NCBI GenBank assembly: GCA_050115495.1
Contig: JASFQK010000019.1
Coordinates: 32,001-96,000, forward strand
Source of the DNA: Phycisphaerae bacterium
GTDB lineage: Bacteria; Planctomycetota; Phycisphaerae; UBA1845; Fen-1342
Length of the DNA: 64,000 nucleotides
Direction: 5' to 3'
The notes beneath the pieces were generated by a model. The model did not search any database, was not told the origin of the DNA, and was given only the letters and a program-made list of their open reading frames with translations. The translations under genes were made by a program, and so were the position numbers. How positions within the stretch are numbered: the stretch's first letter is position 1; each line of letters starts with the position of its first letter. Shown piece after piece: positions 36,912-47,209 of the stretch.

Positions 36912-39900
36912 GTGGTGCGGAACGAGGATCAGCCGAAGACCGCTGCCGCCGGGCACGCTGCCACCTCACGCGGCGGGCGCATGGGTCCTTATTTCGTAGG
37001 GGCCCTGACGCTGTTCGCAGGCCTGGTGATCACGGCCTCGGCGTTCGTCTGGGTGCGGAATTGGGAGTCCGTGCGGATCTCGGCGGACTTTCAGCGCGAC
37101 GCCGCGAGCATGATCGTCAGTCTCCGCACCGAACTCCGCAGCCACCTGGAAACGCTTCACTTTCTGCGCGAGTTTTACGCCAGAGTCCCGCGCGTCGAGC
37201 GGGCCGACTTCGAGACCTTCGTCAGTGGCGCGCTGCGCCGGCACCACGGCTTCCAGGCGATAGAGTGGATACCGCGCGTTCCCGCTGGGCAGCGCGAGGC
37301 GTTTGAGCGGGCCGTTCGTGCAGACGGCTTCCCGGACTTCCGCATCCATCCGCCAACGAATCGAGACGAGTGCTTCCCGGTTAACTTCGTCGTTCCATTC
37401 GCGGGAAACGAAAAGGCGCACGGCTACGACGTGGCCTCCCAGCCGCAGCGTCTGGCGGCGCTTGAGACGGCTCGTGCTTCGGGGGAGATGACGGCGACGG
37501 CGCCGATCCGTCTGATCCAGGAGGCCGGCGAGCAGGCGGGCTTTCTGGCCTTCATGCCCATTTACGCGGGAGGCGAGTTCCCGGCCACGGTCGAGCAGCG
37601 GCGCGAACGCCTGGCCGGCTTCGTCCTGGGTGTCTTTCGGGCCGGCGATTTGATCGACGGTTCTGTTCAAGGGCTGGACACGGAGGGAATCGCCTACTCC
37701 GTCGACGACGTGACCGATCCGCAGCAGGCGGCCGCCATCTATCGCCATCCGGCCGAGGTCGCCGGCACCGAGGCGGCGGCGACAGCCGGCGAACCCGGCG
37801 CGCTCCGTTTCGACGATACGCTGGAAGTGGCCGGACGCCGGTGGATGCTGGTGTGTCAGCCCATCGCCGGTCACGCGGCCTTTCGAGTGTCGCGGCTGCC
37901 CTACGTAGTGCTGGCCGGGGGCGCGTTGTTCTCGTTTCTGCTGGCCGGTTACCTCAGGGCCATCGTCGGCCGGTCGGCCCGCACAGCCCGCGACGTGCGG
38001 GAGCGCACAGCCGAGCTGTCTGCGACCAACGCGCAATTGAAGAAGGAGGCGCGGGAGCGCCAGCTGGCCGATGAGCTGCTCCAACGGAACCTCGCCCGGC
38101 AGGTGCGTCTGAACCGCCTGCTCCAGGACGATTTGCCGCGTGCACCGGAGCTGGAGGACAAGCTGCAGAGGATCACGGACGCGATCGCCGAGATCTTCCA
38201 CACAGATCTCTGCCGCATCTGGTTCATCGCGGCCGGCGACCGCTGCGACTCCGGCTGCGTGCACGGGAGCGCGGTGGACGGGCGGCAGGTGTGCCAACGC
38301 CGCGACCGGTGCTTGCACCTGGTCGCCAACGCCGGCCATGGGGCCCACGCCGACCGTGGCATGCAGGATCGCGTGCCGTTCGGCCAGTGTCGGATTGGTA
38401 AGGTTGCGGCGACGGAGGAAGCCAAGTTCCTTACGAATGACCTGCAACACGATCCGTGCATGCCCAAACAGGGCTGGGCAAGCGACCTGGGCCTGATGTC
38501 CTTCGCCGGCTACCGGCTGTGCGCCGCCGACGGTGAGTCGATCGGCGTCCTGGCGGTCTTCTCGCAGCGAGCGCTCGCCCCGGATGAGGACAGCCTGCTC
38601 GAGGCCATGGCCACCCACGCCAGCCACATCATCCAGGCGTCCCGCGCCGAGGACGAGCTGAAGCGGGCGCGCGACGGGCTGGAGAGCCGGGTCGAACAGC
38701 GTACGGCGGATCTGGCGCAGGCCAACCGCGCGCTGGCCAAGGAGATCGAGAGCCACTCGCGTGCCGAAGAAGCGCTGCGGGAGAGCGAGACCAAGTATCG
38801 CCAGCTCTTCGAGAGCCTCAACGATGCGGCGTTCCTGGCGGACGTGGAGACCGGGCGTATCCTCGAAACGAACCGGTGCGGCGAGGAGTTGCTGGGGCGC
38901 ACCCGTGACGAGATTATCGGGATGCACCAACGCGACCTGCACCCGCCGGAGCTGGCAGCCGATTACGAAGTCACATTCGCGTCGCACTTCGCCCAGGGCA
39001 AGGTGGTCGACTACGACGGTGAGATCGGCCGGGCGGACGGCACGGTCGTCCCCGTACGTATCAGCGCTGCGCCGCTCACGCTGAACGGGCGGCCTGCCCT
39101 GCTGGGACTCTTCCACAACATCGCCGAGCAGAAGCGCGCGGACGAAACCGCCCTGGCCTTCAGCCGACAGCAGAGCGTGGTGGATGCGCTCCTACGGATG
39201 GGGCTGGAGGATACTCCGCTGGACGAGGTCCTGGAGCATTGCCTGAGTGAGATTGTCTTCAACACCTGGATGGACCTGGTGCCTCAGGGGGCGATCTACC
39301 TGGTGGAGGACGAGCCGGGTGTGCTCGTGCTGCGTGCGCGGGCCGCCGCGGGCCCCACGGAAACGGCCTGGCACCGCCGTATCCCGGCTGGACAGGGTCT
39401 GTGCGGGGAGGCGGTGACGTCGGGCGAGACACAGTTTTCCGACGGCACGGAGGCGTCTGACACGACCGGGGCGATCAGCTCCGAGGAACCGCCGCCGCAC
39501 GGCCACTACTGCGTGCCGCTGCGGTCGATGCAGGGTCCGCTGGGCATGCTGGTGCTCGGCACGCCGCCGGGCTACGAGCGTTCGGTCGTGCAGGAGGACT
39601 GTCTTGATGCCGTGTCGGTGACCATCGGCGACATCATCCAGCGCAAGCGGATGGAGGAGAAGCTGCGCGAGTCGGAGGCCCGTCACCGGGCGATCACGGA
39701 GGCGGCCCAGGACGCCATCATCACCGCCGACGCCAACGGCCGCATTCGCTTCTGGAATCCCGCGGCGGAGAGGATCTTCGGATTCACCGCCGACGAGATC
39801 GTCGGCCAACCCGTGATCGAAGCGCTCGTGTCGCCCCAGGCCCGAGAGGACCGGCGACGTGATCTGGACCGGCGGGCCCGCGAGGGCGCGTCCCCCGGTC

Positions 39901-40913
39901 GCACGCTGGAGTTCAACGGACTGCGAAAGGACGGCGCCGAGTTCCCGATGCAGGTCTCCCTCTCCGGTTATACCGATCACGAAGGTCCCGTGACCGTAGC
40001 CCTGGTGAAGGACATCACGGACCGCAAGCGGGCTGAAGTGGAGCTGGAAACCGCCAATCGCGAATTGCAGGATGCCTCCCGGCGGGCCGGGATGGCCGAG
40101 GTAGCCTCCGGCGTGCTCCACAACGTGGGCAACGTGCTGAACACGGCGAACGTCTCGGCGCAACTGGCCACCGACCGCGCTCGCCAGTTGCAGGTGGCCA
40201 AGCTGACCCGGGTCGTGCCGTTGCTGGAAGAGCAGGCTGCGGCCGATGAAGCGTCGCCAGCCGCCGCCAAGAACCGTCAGATCGCGCTGTATCTGCGCCA
40301 GTTGGCGGAACATCTCACCGATGAGCAGGCGAACATGCTCCAGGAACTCGGCGCCCTGCAGGGCAGCATCCGGCACGTCGCCGACATTGTGAGCATGCAG
40401 CAGACGTACGCGCGAGATTCGGGCGTGGTCGAGACCTTCTCGGTCAACAGCGTGATCAGGGACGCCCTGCGCATGAGCGCGACGTCGTTCGAGCAGCTCG
40501 GCATCGCCGTGGTTGTGCAGTGCCCCGAGCGGCTGAAGCTGACGACCGATCGGCAGAAGCTCCTGCAGATCCTGGTCAACCTGATTCGCAATGCCAACCA
40601 CGCCCTGCAGGAGCGGGACGAGCCCGGCCGGCAACTGACCGTCGCCGCGACGCAGACCGACGGCGGTCGCGTACGGACCGCGGTGATCGACAACGGCGTG
40701 GGTATCGCCCCGGAACACGTGGCCCGCCTGTTCGCCTTCGGGTTCACGACCAAGAAAGACGGCCACGGGTTCGGGCTGCACAGCAGTGCGCTGGCGGTGA
40801 AGGCCATGGGCGGTTCGCTGACAGCGCACAGTGACGGACGCGGTCACGGAGCGACCTTCACGCTGGAATTGCCGGCGGAGCCAGAGAGGACGGACGATGC
40901 AAACGGCGATTGA
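36912..40913 (+). CDS. Sensor histidine kinase, CHASE-GAF-PAS-GAF-PAS-HisKA-HATPase
   Basis: TM-flanked CHASE (AIEWIPRV, GNEKAHGYD, TAPIRLIQE); two PAS; H-box GMAEVASGVLHNVGNVLN; QILVNLIRNA, DNGVG, FTTK..GHGFGLH. Confidence 0.92.
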   Translation: MVRNEDQPKTAAAGHAATSRGGRMGPYFVGALTLFAGLVITASAFVWVRNWESVRISADFQRDAASMIVSLRTELRSHLETLHFLREFYARVPRVERADFETFVSGALRRHHGFQAIEWIPRVPAGQREAFERAVRADGFPDFRIHPPTNRDECFPVNFVVPFAGNEKAHGYDVASQPQRLAALETARASGEMTATAPIRLIQEAGEQAGFLAFMPIYAGGEFPATVEQRRERLAGFVLGVFRAGDLIDGSVQGLDTEGIAYSVDDVTDPQQAAAIYRHPAEVAGTEAAATAGEPGALRFDDTLEVAGRRWMLVCQPIAGHAAFRVSRLPYVVLAGGALFSFLLAGYLRAIVGRSARTARDVRERTAELSATNAQLKKEARERQLADELLQRNLARQVRLNRLLQDDLPRAPELEDKLQRITDAIAEIFHTDLCRIWFIAAGDRCDSGCVHGSAVDGRQVCQRRDRCLHLVANAGHGAHADRGMQDRVPFGQCRIGKVAATEEAKFLTNDLQHDPCMPKQGWASDLGLMSFAGYRLCAADGESIGVLAVFSQRALAPDEDSLLEAMATHASHIIQASRAEDELKRARDGLESRVEQRTADLAQANRALAKEIESHSRAEEALRESETKYRQLFESLNDAAFLADVETGRILETNRCGEELLGRTRDEIIGMHQRDLHPPELAADYEVTFASHFAQGKVVDYDGEIGRADGTVVPVRISAAPLTLNGRPALLGLFHNIAEQKRADETALAFSRQQSVVDALLRMGLEDTPLDEVLEHCLSEIVFNTWMDLVPQGAIYLVEDEPGVLVLRARAAAGPTETAWHRRIPAGQGLCGEAVTSGETQFSDGTEASDTTGAISSEEPPPHGHYCVPLRSMQGPLGMLVLGTPPGYERSVVQEDCLDAVSVTIGDIIQRKRMEEKLRESEARHRAITEAAQDAIITADANGRIRFWNPAAERIFGFTADEIVGQPVIEALVSPQAREDRRRDLDRRAREGASPGRTLEFNGLRKDGAEFPMQVSLSGYTDHEGPVTVALVKDITDRKRAEVELETANRELQDASRRAGMAEVASGVLHNVGNVLNTANVSAQLATDRARQLQVAKLTRVVPLLEEQAAADEASPAAAKNRQIALYLRQLAEHLTDEQANMLQELGALQGSIRHVADIVSMQQTYARDSGVVETFSVNSVIRDALRMSATSFEQLGIAVVVQCPERLKLTTDRQKLLQILVNLIRNANHALQERDEPGRQLTVAATQTDGGRVRTAVIDNGVGIAPEHVARLFAFGFTTKKDGHGFGLHSSALAVKAMGGSLTAHSDGRGHGATFTLELPAEPERTDDANGD

Positions 40914-42351
40914 AGTAGAAATCGGACGGATTCTGGTCATCGACGACCTGCCGACGATCCACGAGGACTTTCGCAAGATCCTCATTCCCGAGCGTGGCAC
41001 AGCCGCCGCCCTGGCGGAGACGGAGGCGGCCCTCTTCGGCTCGGCATCGGACCAGTCGAGCACCGAGGTGCCGTGCCAGGTCGATTCGGCGGGGCAGGGA
41101 CAGGAGGGGCTGGAGTACGTGCAGCGCGCCGTCGCCAACGGGCGGCCCTACTCCGTCGCCTTCGTCGACGTCCGCATGCCGCCGGGCTGGGACGGCATCG
41201 AGACCACGCAGCGTTTGTGGCAGGCCGATCCGCAGTTGCAGATCGTGATCTGCACGGCGCACTCGGACTACTCGTGGGAGGACATGGTCGCCCGGCTCGG
41301 CCGGACCGATCAATTGCTGATCCTCAAGAAGCCGTTCGACACGATGGAGGTCCGGCAGCTCGTCGCCGCTCTCATGTCCAAGTGGACGCTCGCCCAGCAG
41401 GCCCGACAACGCCTGGAGGACCTGGAACGGCGGGTGGCCGAACGCACCGACGAGTTGCAGCGGCGGAAGGACTCCCTCGAAGACGCCCTGGCCCGCCTGC
41501 AGGAAGCCCATGCCCAGCTCTTGCAGGCCGACAAGATGGCCAGCATCGGCCAGTTGGCCGCGGGCGTGGCCCACGAGATCAACAATCCGATCGGGTTCAT
41601 CTCCAGCAACCTGAACTCCCTGGGGCGCTACGTCGCCGATCTGACCCGCGTCCTGAAGGCGGATGATGAGCTGGTGCAGGTGGCGCTGCAGGGCGCACCC
41701 GCCATCCAGGAGCAGGCGGTGAAGCTCCAGACGCTGCGCGAGGAGGTGGACGTGGCCTACCTGCTCACGGACATCGAGGCGCTGATCGGCGAATCGGTGG
41801 AGGGCACACAGCGCGTCCGGCAGATCGTGTCGGACCTGCGTGACTTCTCGCACATCGACAGCCCCGATCTGACGGACGAGGACATCAACCACCTGCTGGA
41901 CAAAACGATCAACGTTTGCTGGAACGAGCTGAAGTACAAGACGGAGGTTGTCCGCGAATATGGCACGCTCCCGATCACGCGTTGCTACGGCGGCAAGCTC
42001 GGCCAGGTCTTCCTGAACCTCCTCGTCAACGCCGCCCAGGCCATCGCCGAGCGCGGCAAGATCACCGTACGAACCGGTCACGAAGGCCAGCGGGTCTGGG
42101 TCGAGATCGCCGACACCGGGTGCGGTATACGGCCCGAGAACCTCAAGCGCATCTTCGAACCGTTCTTCACCACGAAGGACGTCGGTAAGGGGACCGGGAT
42201 GGGTCTACACCTGGCCTACAAGATCGTCGAGGCGCACGACGGCAACATCCACGTCGACAGCAAGATCGGCGAGGGCACCACGTTCCGCGTCGAGCTTCCG
42301 GTGGCCGGACCGGAAGACGTCAAGGAGTTCCTCGATGAGCGCATCGCCTGA
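40897..42351 (+). CDS. REC-histidine kinase hybrid (NtrB-like transmitter)
   Basis: [64 protein letters not shown]; start MQTAIE. Confidence 0.92.
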   Translation: MQTAIEVEIGRILVIDDLPTIHEDFRKILIPERGTAAALAETEAALFGSASDQSSTEVPCQVDSAGQGQEGLEYVQRAVANGRPYSVAFVDVRMPPGWDGIETTQRLWQADPQLQIVICTAHSDYSWEDMVARLGRTDQLLILKKPFDTMEVRQLVAALMSKWTLAQQARQRLEDLERRVAERTDELQRRKDSLEDALARLQEAHAQLLQADKMASIGQLAAGVAHEINNPIGFISSNLNSLGRYVADLTRVLKADDELVQVALQGAPAIQEQAVKLQTLREEVDVAYLLTDIEALIGESVEGTQRVRQIVSDLRDFSHIDSPDLTDEDINHLLDKTINVCWNELKYKTEVVREYGTLPITRCYGGKLGQVFLNLLVNAAQAIAERGKITVRTGHEGQRVWVEIADTGCGIRPENLKRIFEPFFTTKDVGKGTGMGLHLAYKIVEAHDGNIHVDSKIGEGTTFRVELPVAGPEDVKEFLDERIA

Positions 42352-43246
42352 GACCACACCGGCCGCATCGACGGCGGCCATGGGCCGCGATGCGTCCGCG
42401 ATGCCATGGGCCGCCGGCGCCTGCTCGACAAGCGTCGGCCCGCCCTGGCGCGTGCTCATCGTGGACGACGAGGAGAATGTGCTGTCGTCCCTGCGGCGTC
42501 TGCTGCGCCGGGAGCCCTATGAGATCGTCACTGCCGACTCGGCCGAGGAGGGTCTGCGCAACCTCGCCGCGCAGCCGGCCCAACTGGTGATTTCCGACGA
42601 GCGCATGCCGGACATGACCGGCACGGTGTTCCTGCGCGAGGTGCGACGGCGCTGGCCGAACACGATCCGCATCATCCTGAGCGGCTACTCGGCGGTCGAC
42701 ACGATTCTCGCGGCGATCAACGAAGGCGCCGTGTACAAGTTCCTGACCAAGCCGTGGAACGACGAGGAGCTCAAGCTCAACATCCGCCGGGCACTCGAGC
42801 AGTACGCACTCGAGGCGGAAAACCGGCGGATGGCCTGCGAAATCGCCGAGCAGAACGCCCTGCTGTCCGAGCTCAATGCCGAGCTCGCCCAGCGGGCCGA
42901 CGATGCGGTGATCGGTCTGGACATCGCCCAGGAGCTGCTCGACTTCGCCGACGTCGGCATCCTGGCGATGGATGAGTCCGGATTGATGGTCGGCGCCAAC
43001 CGCCGGGCGCGGGAGAGCTTTGCCACGACCGCCGGGTGCGTACTGGGTCTTTCGGCGGCCGAGGTTCTTCCGCCGGAGCTTCATGCCGCGGTCTGCGGCC
43101 CCGCCTCGACCGGGAGTCCGGCACGCGCCGGTGAACTGCGGCTTGGGGATCGAGTGCTGCAATGGCGGGCGCGCCCGGTGAGAGCGCGGGCATCGAGGGG
43201 CAGTGGCCGGGGAATGATTGTCACTATCTGGGAGGTCATCGTGTGA
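42335..43246 (+). CDS. Response regulator with C-terminal PAS-like domain
   Basis: VLIVDDEE, VISDERMP, LSGY, LTKPW, coiled coil, then VGILAMDESGLMVGAN. Confidence 0.88.
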   Translation: MSASPETTPAASTAAMGRDASAMPWAAGACSTSVGPPWRVLIVDDEENVLSSLRRLLRREPYEIVTADSAEEGLRNLAAQPAQLVISDERMPDMTGTVFLREVRRRWPNTIRIILSGYSAVDTILAAINEGAVYKFLTKPWNDEELKLNIRRALEQYALEAENRRMACEIAEQNALLSELNAELAQRADDAVIGLDIAQELLDFADVGILAMDESGLMVGANRRARESFATTAGCVLGLSAAEVLPPELHAAVCGPASTGSPARAGELRLGDRVLQWRARPVRARASRGSGRGMIVTIWEVIV

Positions 43247-44478
43247 GCGCGACAACGGTCACCAGTTTCCTCGACCATCTGGAGGCCCTGCCGCCCATGC
43301 CCGTGGCGGCACAACGCATCCTGGCCATCAGCGGGGCGCCGAACACCTCGGCCCAGGACGTGGGCCGCACCCTCAGCCAGGACCCCGCCATCGCGGCGCG
43401 CATTCTGCGGATCGCCAACTCGCCGTTCTACGGCGTGAGTCGGGAAATCGCCCAGGTCAGCCGCGCTGTCGTCATCCTCGGCAGCCGCGCCGTACGCAGC
43501 TTCGTGGTGGCGATCTGCGCGCGGCAGGCCCTGATGGACAAGGGACCGACCACGCCCGAACACACCGCGGCCTGGAACCACGCCCTGGCGGTCGCCACGG
43601 CTTCCGAGCTGATCGCCCGGCACGTGGGGTACAAGCCCCTGGAAGAGGCCTTCGTCGCCGGCCTGCTGCATGACGTCGGGCAACTGGCCATGATCGGCTT
43701 CAAGCCCGCCCTCATGCGCGACGTGCTGCGCGGAAGACCGAGCGAAGCCTGCCGCCTGCAACGGGAACGGGACAACTTCGGCCTGGATCATACCGAAGCC
43801 GGCTTTCGCATCCTGGCGGCGTGGAAGTTGCCCGAGGCCCTCTGCGAGGCCGCCCGATGCCATCACCACCCGCCGGAGCGATTCCAGACGGAGACCGAGC
43901 GGCTTTGCGGCGTCACGCTGATCGCCAATATCTTCGCCCACCTGCTGGGGATCGGTTTCGACATCCCCGCTGGTGAGGCCGGTCATCTGGCGGAGACCGC
44001 CAAGGGGTTGGGCCTGTCCGATGCCGACCAGATGCGCGTTCTGGCGACACTGGAGCACCGTCTGGCCGAAACCCGCGAGGCCATGGAGTGCATCAGCGGC
44101 GACTCCGCGGACGGCGACGCCACGCCCGCCAGAATGGTGGCGCTCTGGATCGGCAGCGCCCACGGCCACGAACCCCAACCGGGACGGTTCCTGCTCGAAC
44201 GGGCCGGCTACGACGTCGAACAGGTTCCGGCCGGCCGGGAGTGCGACCCCCAGCGATACAGTCTCGTCGTCGCCGACTGCGGCACGGCATCTCGCGCCGA
44301 CGCCGAGCGCCGCGCCGCCGATCTGGTCAGCGGGGGCTGCCGACGGCTGATCATCCTGCACGAACCGCCCGAGGGCACACACGGTCGCGAGTACGACTCC
44401 GCCATGGGCGTCTGTTTCCTTTCCCCGTTGTTCACGGCCCTGGATCTCGAGTGGGCCCGGCGACACCTGGAGCCATGA
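43243..44478 (+). CDS. HDOD domain protein
   Basis: LPPMP, DPAIAARILRIANSPFYG, WNHALAVA, AGLLHDVGQL, DHTEAG, WKLP, HHHP; GTG start overlaps previous stop. Confidence 0.9.
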   Translation: MSATTVTSFLDHLEALPPMPVAAQRILAISGAPNTSAQDVGRTLSQDPAIAARILRIANSPFYGVSREIAQVSRAVVILGSRAVRSFVVAICARQALMDKGPTTPEHTAAWNHALAVATASELIARHVGYKPLEEAFVAGLLHDVGQLAMIGFKPALMRDVLRGRPSEACRLQRERDNFGLDHTEAGFRILAAWKLPEALCEAARCHHHPPERFQTETERLCGVTLIANIFAHLLGIGFDIPAGEAGHLAETAKGLGLSDADQMRVLATLEHRLAETREAMECISGDSADGDATPARMVALWIGSAHGHEPQPGRFLLERAGYDVEQVPAGRECDPQRYSLVVADCGTASRADAERRAADLVSGGCRRLIILHEPPEGTHGREYDSAMGVCFLSPLFTALDLEWARRHLEP

Positions 44479-46241
44479 ACCCGGCGATTCTCATCATCGA
44501 CGACGAGCCGCACATCACTGCGGCGATTCAACGCCTCCTGCGGCCGCAGGAGTACGAGCTGTTCGTCGCTCACGACGGCCCGTCGGGTCTGAGTATCCTG
44601 GCGGAGAAGGACGTCGCCGTGGTGGTGTGTGACCAGCGCATGCCCGGCATGACGGGCGCGGAGGTGCTGGCCCAGGCGGCGCAGAGGCGTCCGGACACCT
44701 ACCGGATCACCCTAACCGGGTACACCGACGTGCAGTCGCTGCAGGCCTCGGTCAACGAGGGGCATGTGCAACGCCTGCTGCTCAAGCCGTGGGATGATGA
44801 GCAGTTGCGGGAGGCGGTTCAGGAGGGGGTCCGGCAGTATGAGCTGCTGCGGGAGAATCGCCGCCTGCTGGAGCTGACTCAGAAACAGGCCGCCGAACTG
44901 GCGGAGTGGAACGAACGACTCACCGGCGAGGTCGAGCAGCGCACGCAGGAGCTCGCCCTCCGAAACCGGGAGCTGCTCCAGGCGCAGCATCGCGTCGCGG
45001 AATCACTGCACGACGTCGTCGGTGTGCTGTCGTCGCTGATCGAAGCCAGCGTGCCGAACGTGGCCCTGCACTCGAAGCGCGTGACCCACCTGGCCCGCAT
45101 GCTCGGCGAGCGGCTGGAGCTCGATCCCGACGTCCTGCGCGACATCGAGTACACCGCCCGCCTGCACGAGATCGGCGGCATCGTGCGACACGCTCCCGCC
45201 CACGGTTATGGCCGGCCTGTGCCCCACTCGCAGCGCGCCGATACGGACCGGCGGCGCGCCGAGGCCGGTTGCGCCATCGTGAGCCGCGTCCGCGGCTTCG
45301 AGCAAGTCGCTCACGCGGTGCAATGCCAATGCGAACACTACGACGGCACCGGCGTGCCCCAGGGCCTGCGCGCTGAGGATATCCCGCTCGCGGCACGCAT
45401 CGTCACCATCGCGAACGCCTACGACGCAGCCGCCCACGCCGACGGGCCGGCGGCACGGGTTTCCGACGAAGCGGGCCGCCGCGCCCTGATCAACGGCATG
45501 AGCCGCGTGTATGACCCGCTGCTCGTGAGGGAGTTCCTGGAGGGCCTCGACGCGCTCGGCAGCGCCAACACCGACGACCAGGAGGTCGAACTGCCCCCCG
45601 AGCAGGTCCGGCCGGGCATGGTGCTGTCGCGCGACCTGCGTAACGTCCACGGCGTCCTCGTCCTGCGACGCGCCACCCGCCTCACCGAGGAGCAGGTCGG
45701 CCACATTCGCGACATGAGCGCCGCCGACCCCCTGCTGTCCGGCGTGTTCGTGAGGTGCGAGACCGAAGCGGCGGCCGAGCACCCGTCGCGACCAGCCAAG
45801 CTCCCGCCGGCGACTCCGCCCCCGCCGCCGCCGCGGCAGTCCGCCATGTCGGCGCGGATACTGGTCGTCGATGACGATGATCTCGTGCGCCGTGCCCTGG
45901 CGCGCGAGCTGCGCAGCATGGGCTGGCAGGTGACGTACGCCCGGGACGGCCGGGAAGCCCAGGACATTCTGGAAGACAACGAGTTCGACATGCTCATCGT
46001 GGACGTGGCGATGCCCGTCATGACCGGCCCGGCCCTGGTGGCCCACGTCCAGCAGTGCTGGCCGGACCAGCCGTGCCTGGTCCTCACCGGCCATGCCACC
46101 CGCGAGCAGCTCGAACGGCTCACCCAGGCCACCAACGTCATTGGGATCCTGGCCAAGCCCTGGGATCACGACCGACTGGTCAAGCTGATTCGCGAAGGCA
46201 TCGCCCAGAGTAAACGCAAAGCCGGCGGGGACACAGACTGA
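44475..46241 (+). CDS. REC - degenerate HD-GYP - REC protein
   Basis: Two REC domains flanking HSKRV..RLHEIG..QCEHYDGTGVPQGL..IPLAARIV; start MNPAILII. Confidence 0.88.
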   Translation: MNPAILIIDDEPHITAAIQRLLRPQEYELFVAHDGPSGLSILAEKDVAVVVCDQRMPGMTGAEVLAQAAQRRPDTYRITLTGYTDVQSLQASVNEGHVQRLLLKPWDDEQLREAVQEGVRQYELLRENRRLLELTQKQAAELAEWNERLTGEVEQRTQELALRNRELLQAQHRVAESLHDVVGVLSSLIEASVPNVALHSKRVTHLARMLGERLELDPDVLRDIEYTARLHEIGGIVRHAPAHGYGRPVPHSQRADTDRRRAEAGCAIVSRVRGFEQVAHAVQCQCEHYDGTGVPQGLRAEDIPLAARIVTIANAYDAAAHADGPAARVSDEAGRRALINGMSRVYDPLLVREFLEGLDALGSANTDDQEVELPPEQVRPGMVLSRDLRNVHGVLVLRRATRLTEEQVGHIRDMSAADPLLSGVFVRCETEAAAEHPSRPAKLPPATPPPPPPRQSAMSARILVVDDDDLVRRALARELRSMGWQVTYARDGREAQDILEDNEFDMLIVDVAMPVMTGPALVAHVQQCWPDQPCLVLTGHATREQLERLTQATNVIGILAKPWDHDRLVKLIREGIAQSKRKAGGDTD

Positions 46242-46883
46242 CCGCGACCAGCGGTCCACCCGCATCCATGTCGTGCGCCGGTCGGCCGCACACGTGCTCC
46301 ACACGGACCGGACCGGCTGCACCGTTACCGGCGCGCGTCTGGAAGTGCACATGAAGCACACTGTCACCTCTGCCAGGCACATTCATCAGGGGACCCGTCA
46401 TAGCGTCCGAACGCCTGTCCCTCCGCCGGTTGATACATGGATTGGGGCCGGCCCGCGTGGTCTCTTCACTACACTGTCTGCCAGCTGCATCCTCAGACGA
46501 ACCACGTTGTGATTCTGTATACACCGACGTCGGTCCGCCATTGTCGTCGGGCTCGCGCGCGTATTCGTCGTTCAGTTTCTTCTGGCACACACTGCTGTTG
46601 CGCAAACACAAAATCACCAAGTACAGATAACCGCTGGATTGTGTCGATGCGCATATCACCATGCGAAGGCGAGAGATATGAGATGCGTCTCCGAGCCACG
46701 TGGTTCGGCGCCGCATTTCCCGCTTGACACCTTCCGTGGCGTGAGTTACTTACTCTAATAAGGAGTCCCACTCGAGGGGATCGGTGTGGGTCGCGTTTGC
46801 TGCAGTAGCTAATACGTATATCCGTGCCTTGGACGGGTCTCGTACATTTCCAGGGAGGTAGAGGTGTGCGCTGTCCAGGAACG

Positions 46884-47201
46884 ATGTTCTTTCTGCGCCT
46901 GTCTCGCCACGCGCCGATCAGATCGCTGGCATTGTGTGTTCTGCTAGCGCTATCTGGGGCAGGAACGTTACCTGCGGCGCACACTAATCTCTCTCTAAGC
47001 TGGGTGGCTCCACCTGCGGATGTGAATGGAGCGTACGTGCGGATCGACGGGGACCTTCGGTCGGCCGCACACGCACGTTCGCTGGATTGTGATGCACTGT
47101 CCTTGAAGCAACATACGGCCGGCATTGCGCTTTCCCCGCCGGCTGTTACGGGGATACGCATATACACGGGTTCGCACGATCGTCATCTGTACTGCCTGTG
47201 A
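46884..47201 (+). pseudogene. Short secreted ORF ending in a single PQQ-like beta-propeller repeat (possible remnant)
   Basis: Signal-like SLALCVLLALSGAG; C-terminus SPPAVTGIRIYTGSHDRHLYCL resembles one PQQ/BamB blade. Confidence 0.4.
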
Positions 47202-47209
47202 GGTCAAAC

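Noticed and set aside
46180..46716. Minus-strand 178-aa ORF in the lower-GC intergenic segment
   Set aside because: No recognisable motif or RBS, atypical composition, and it overlaps the end of the upstream gene.
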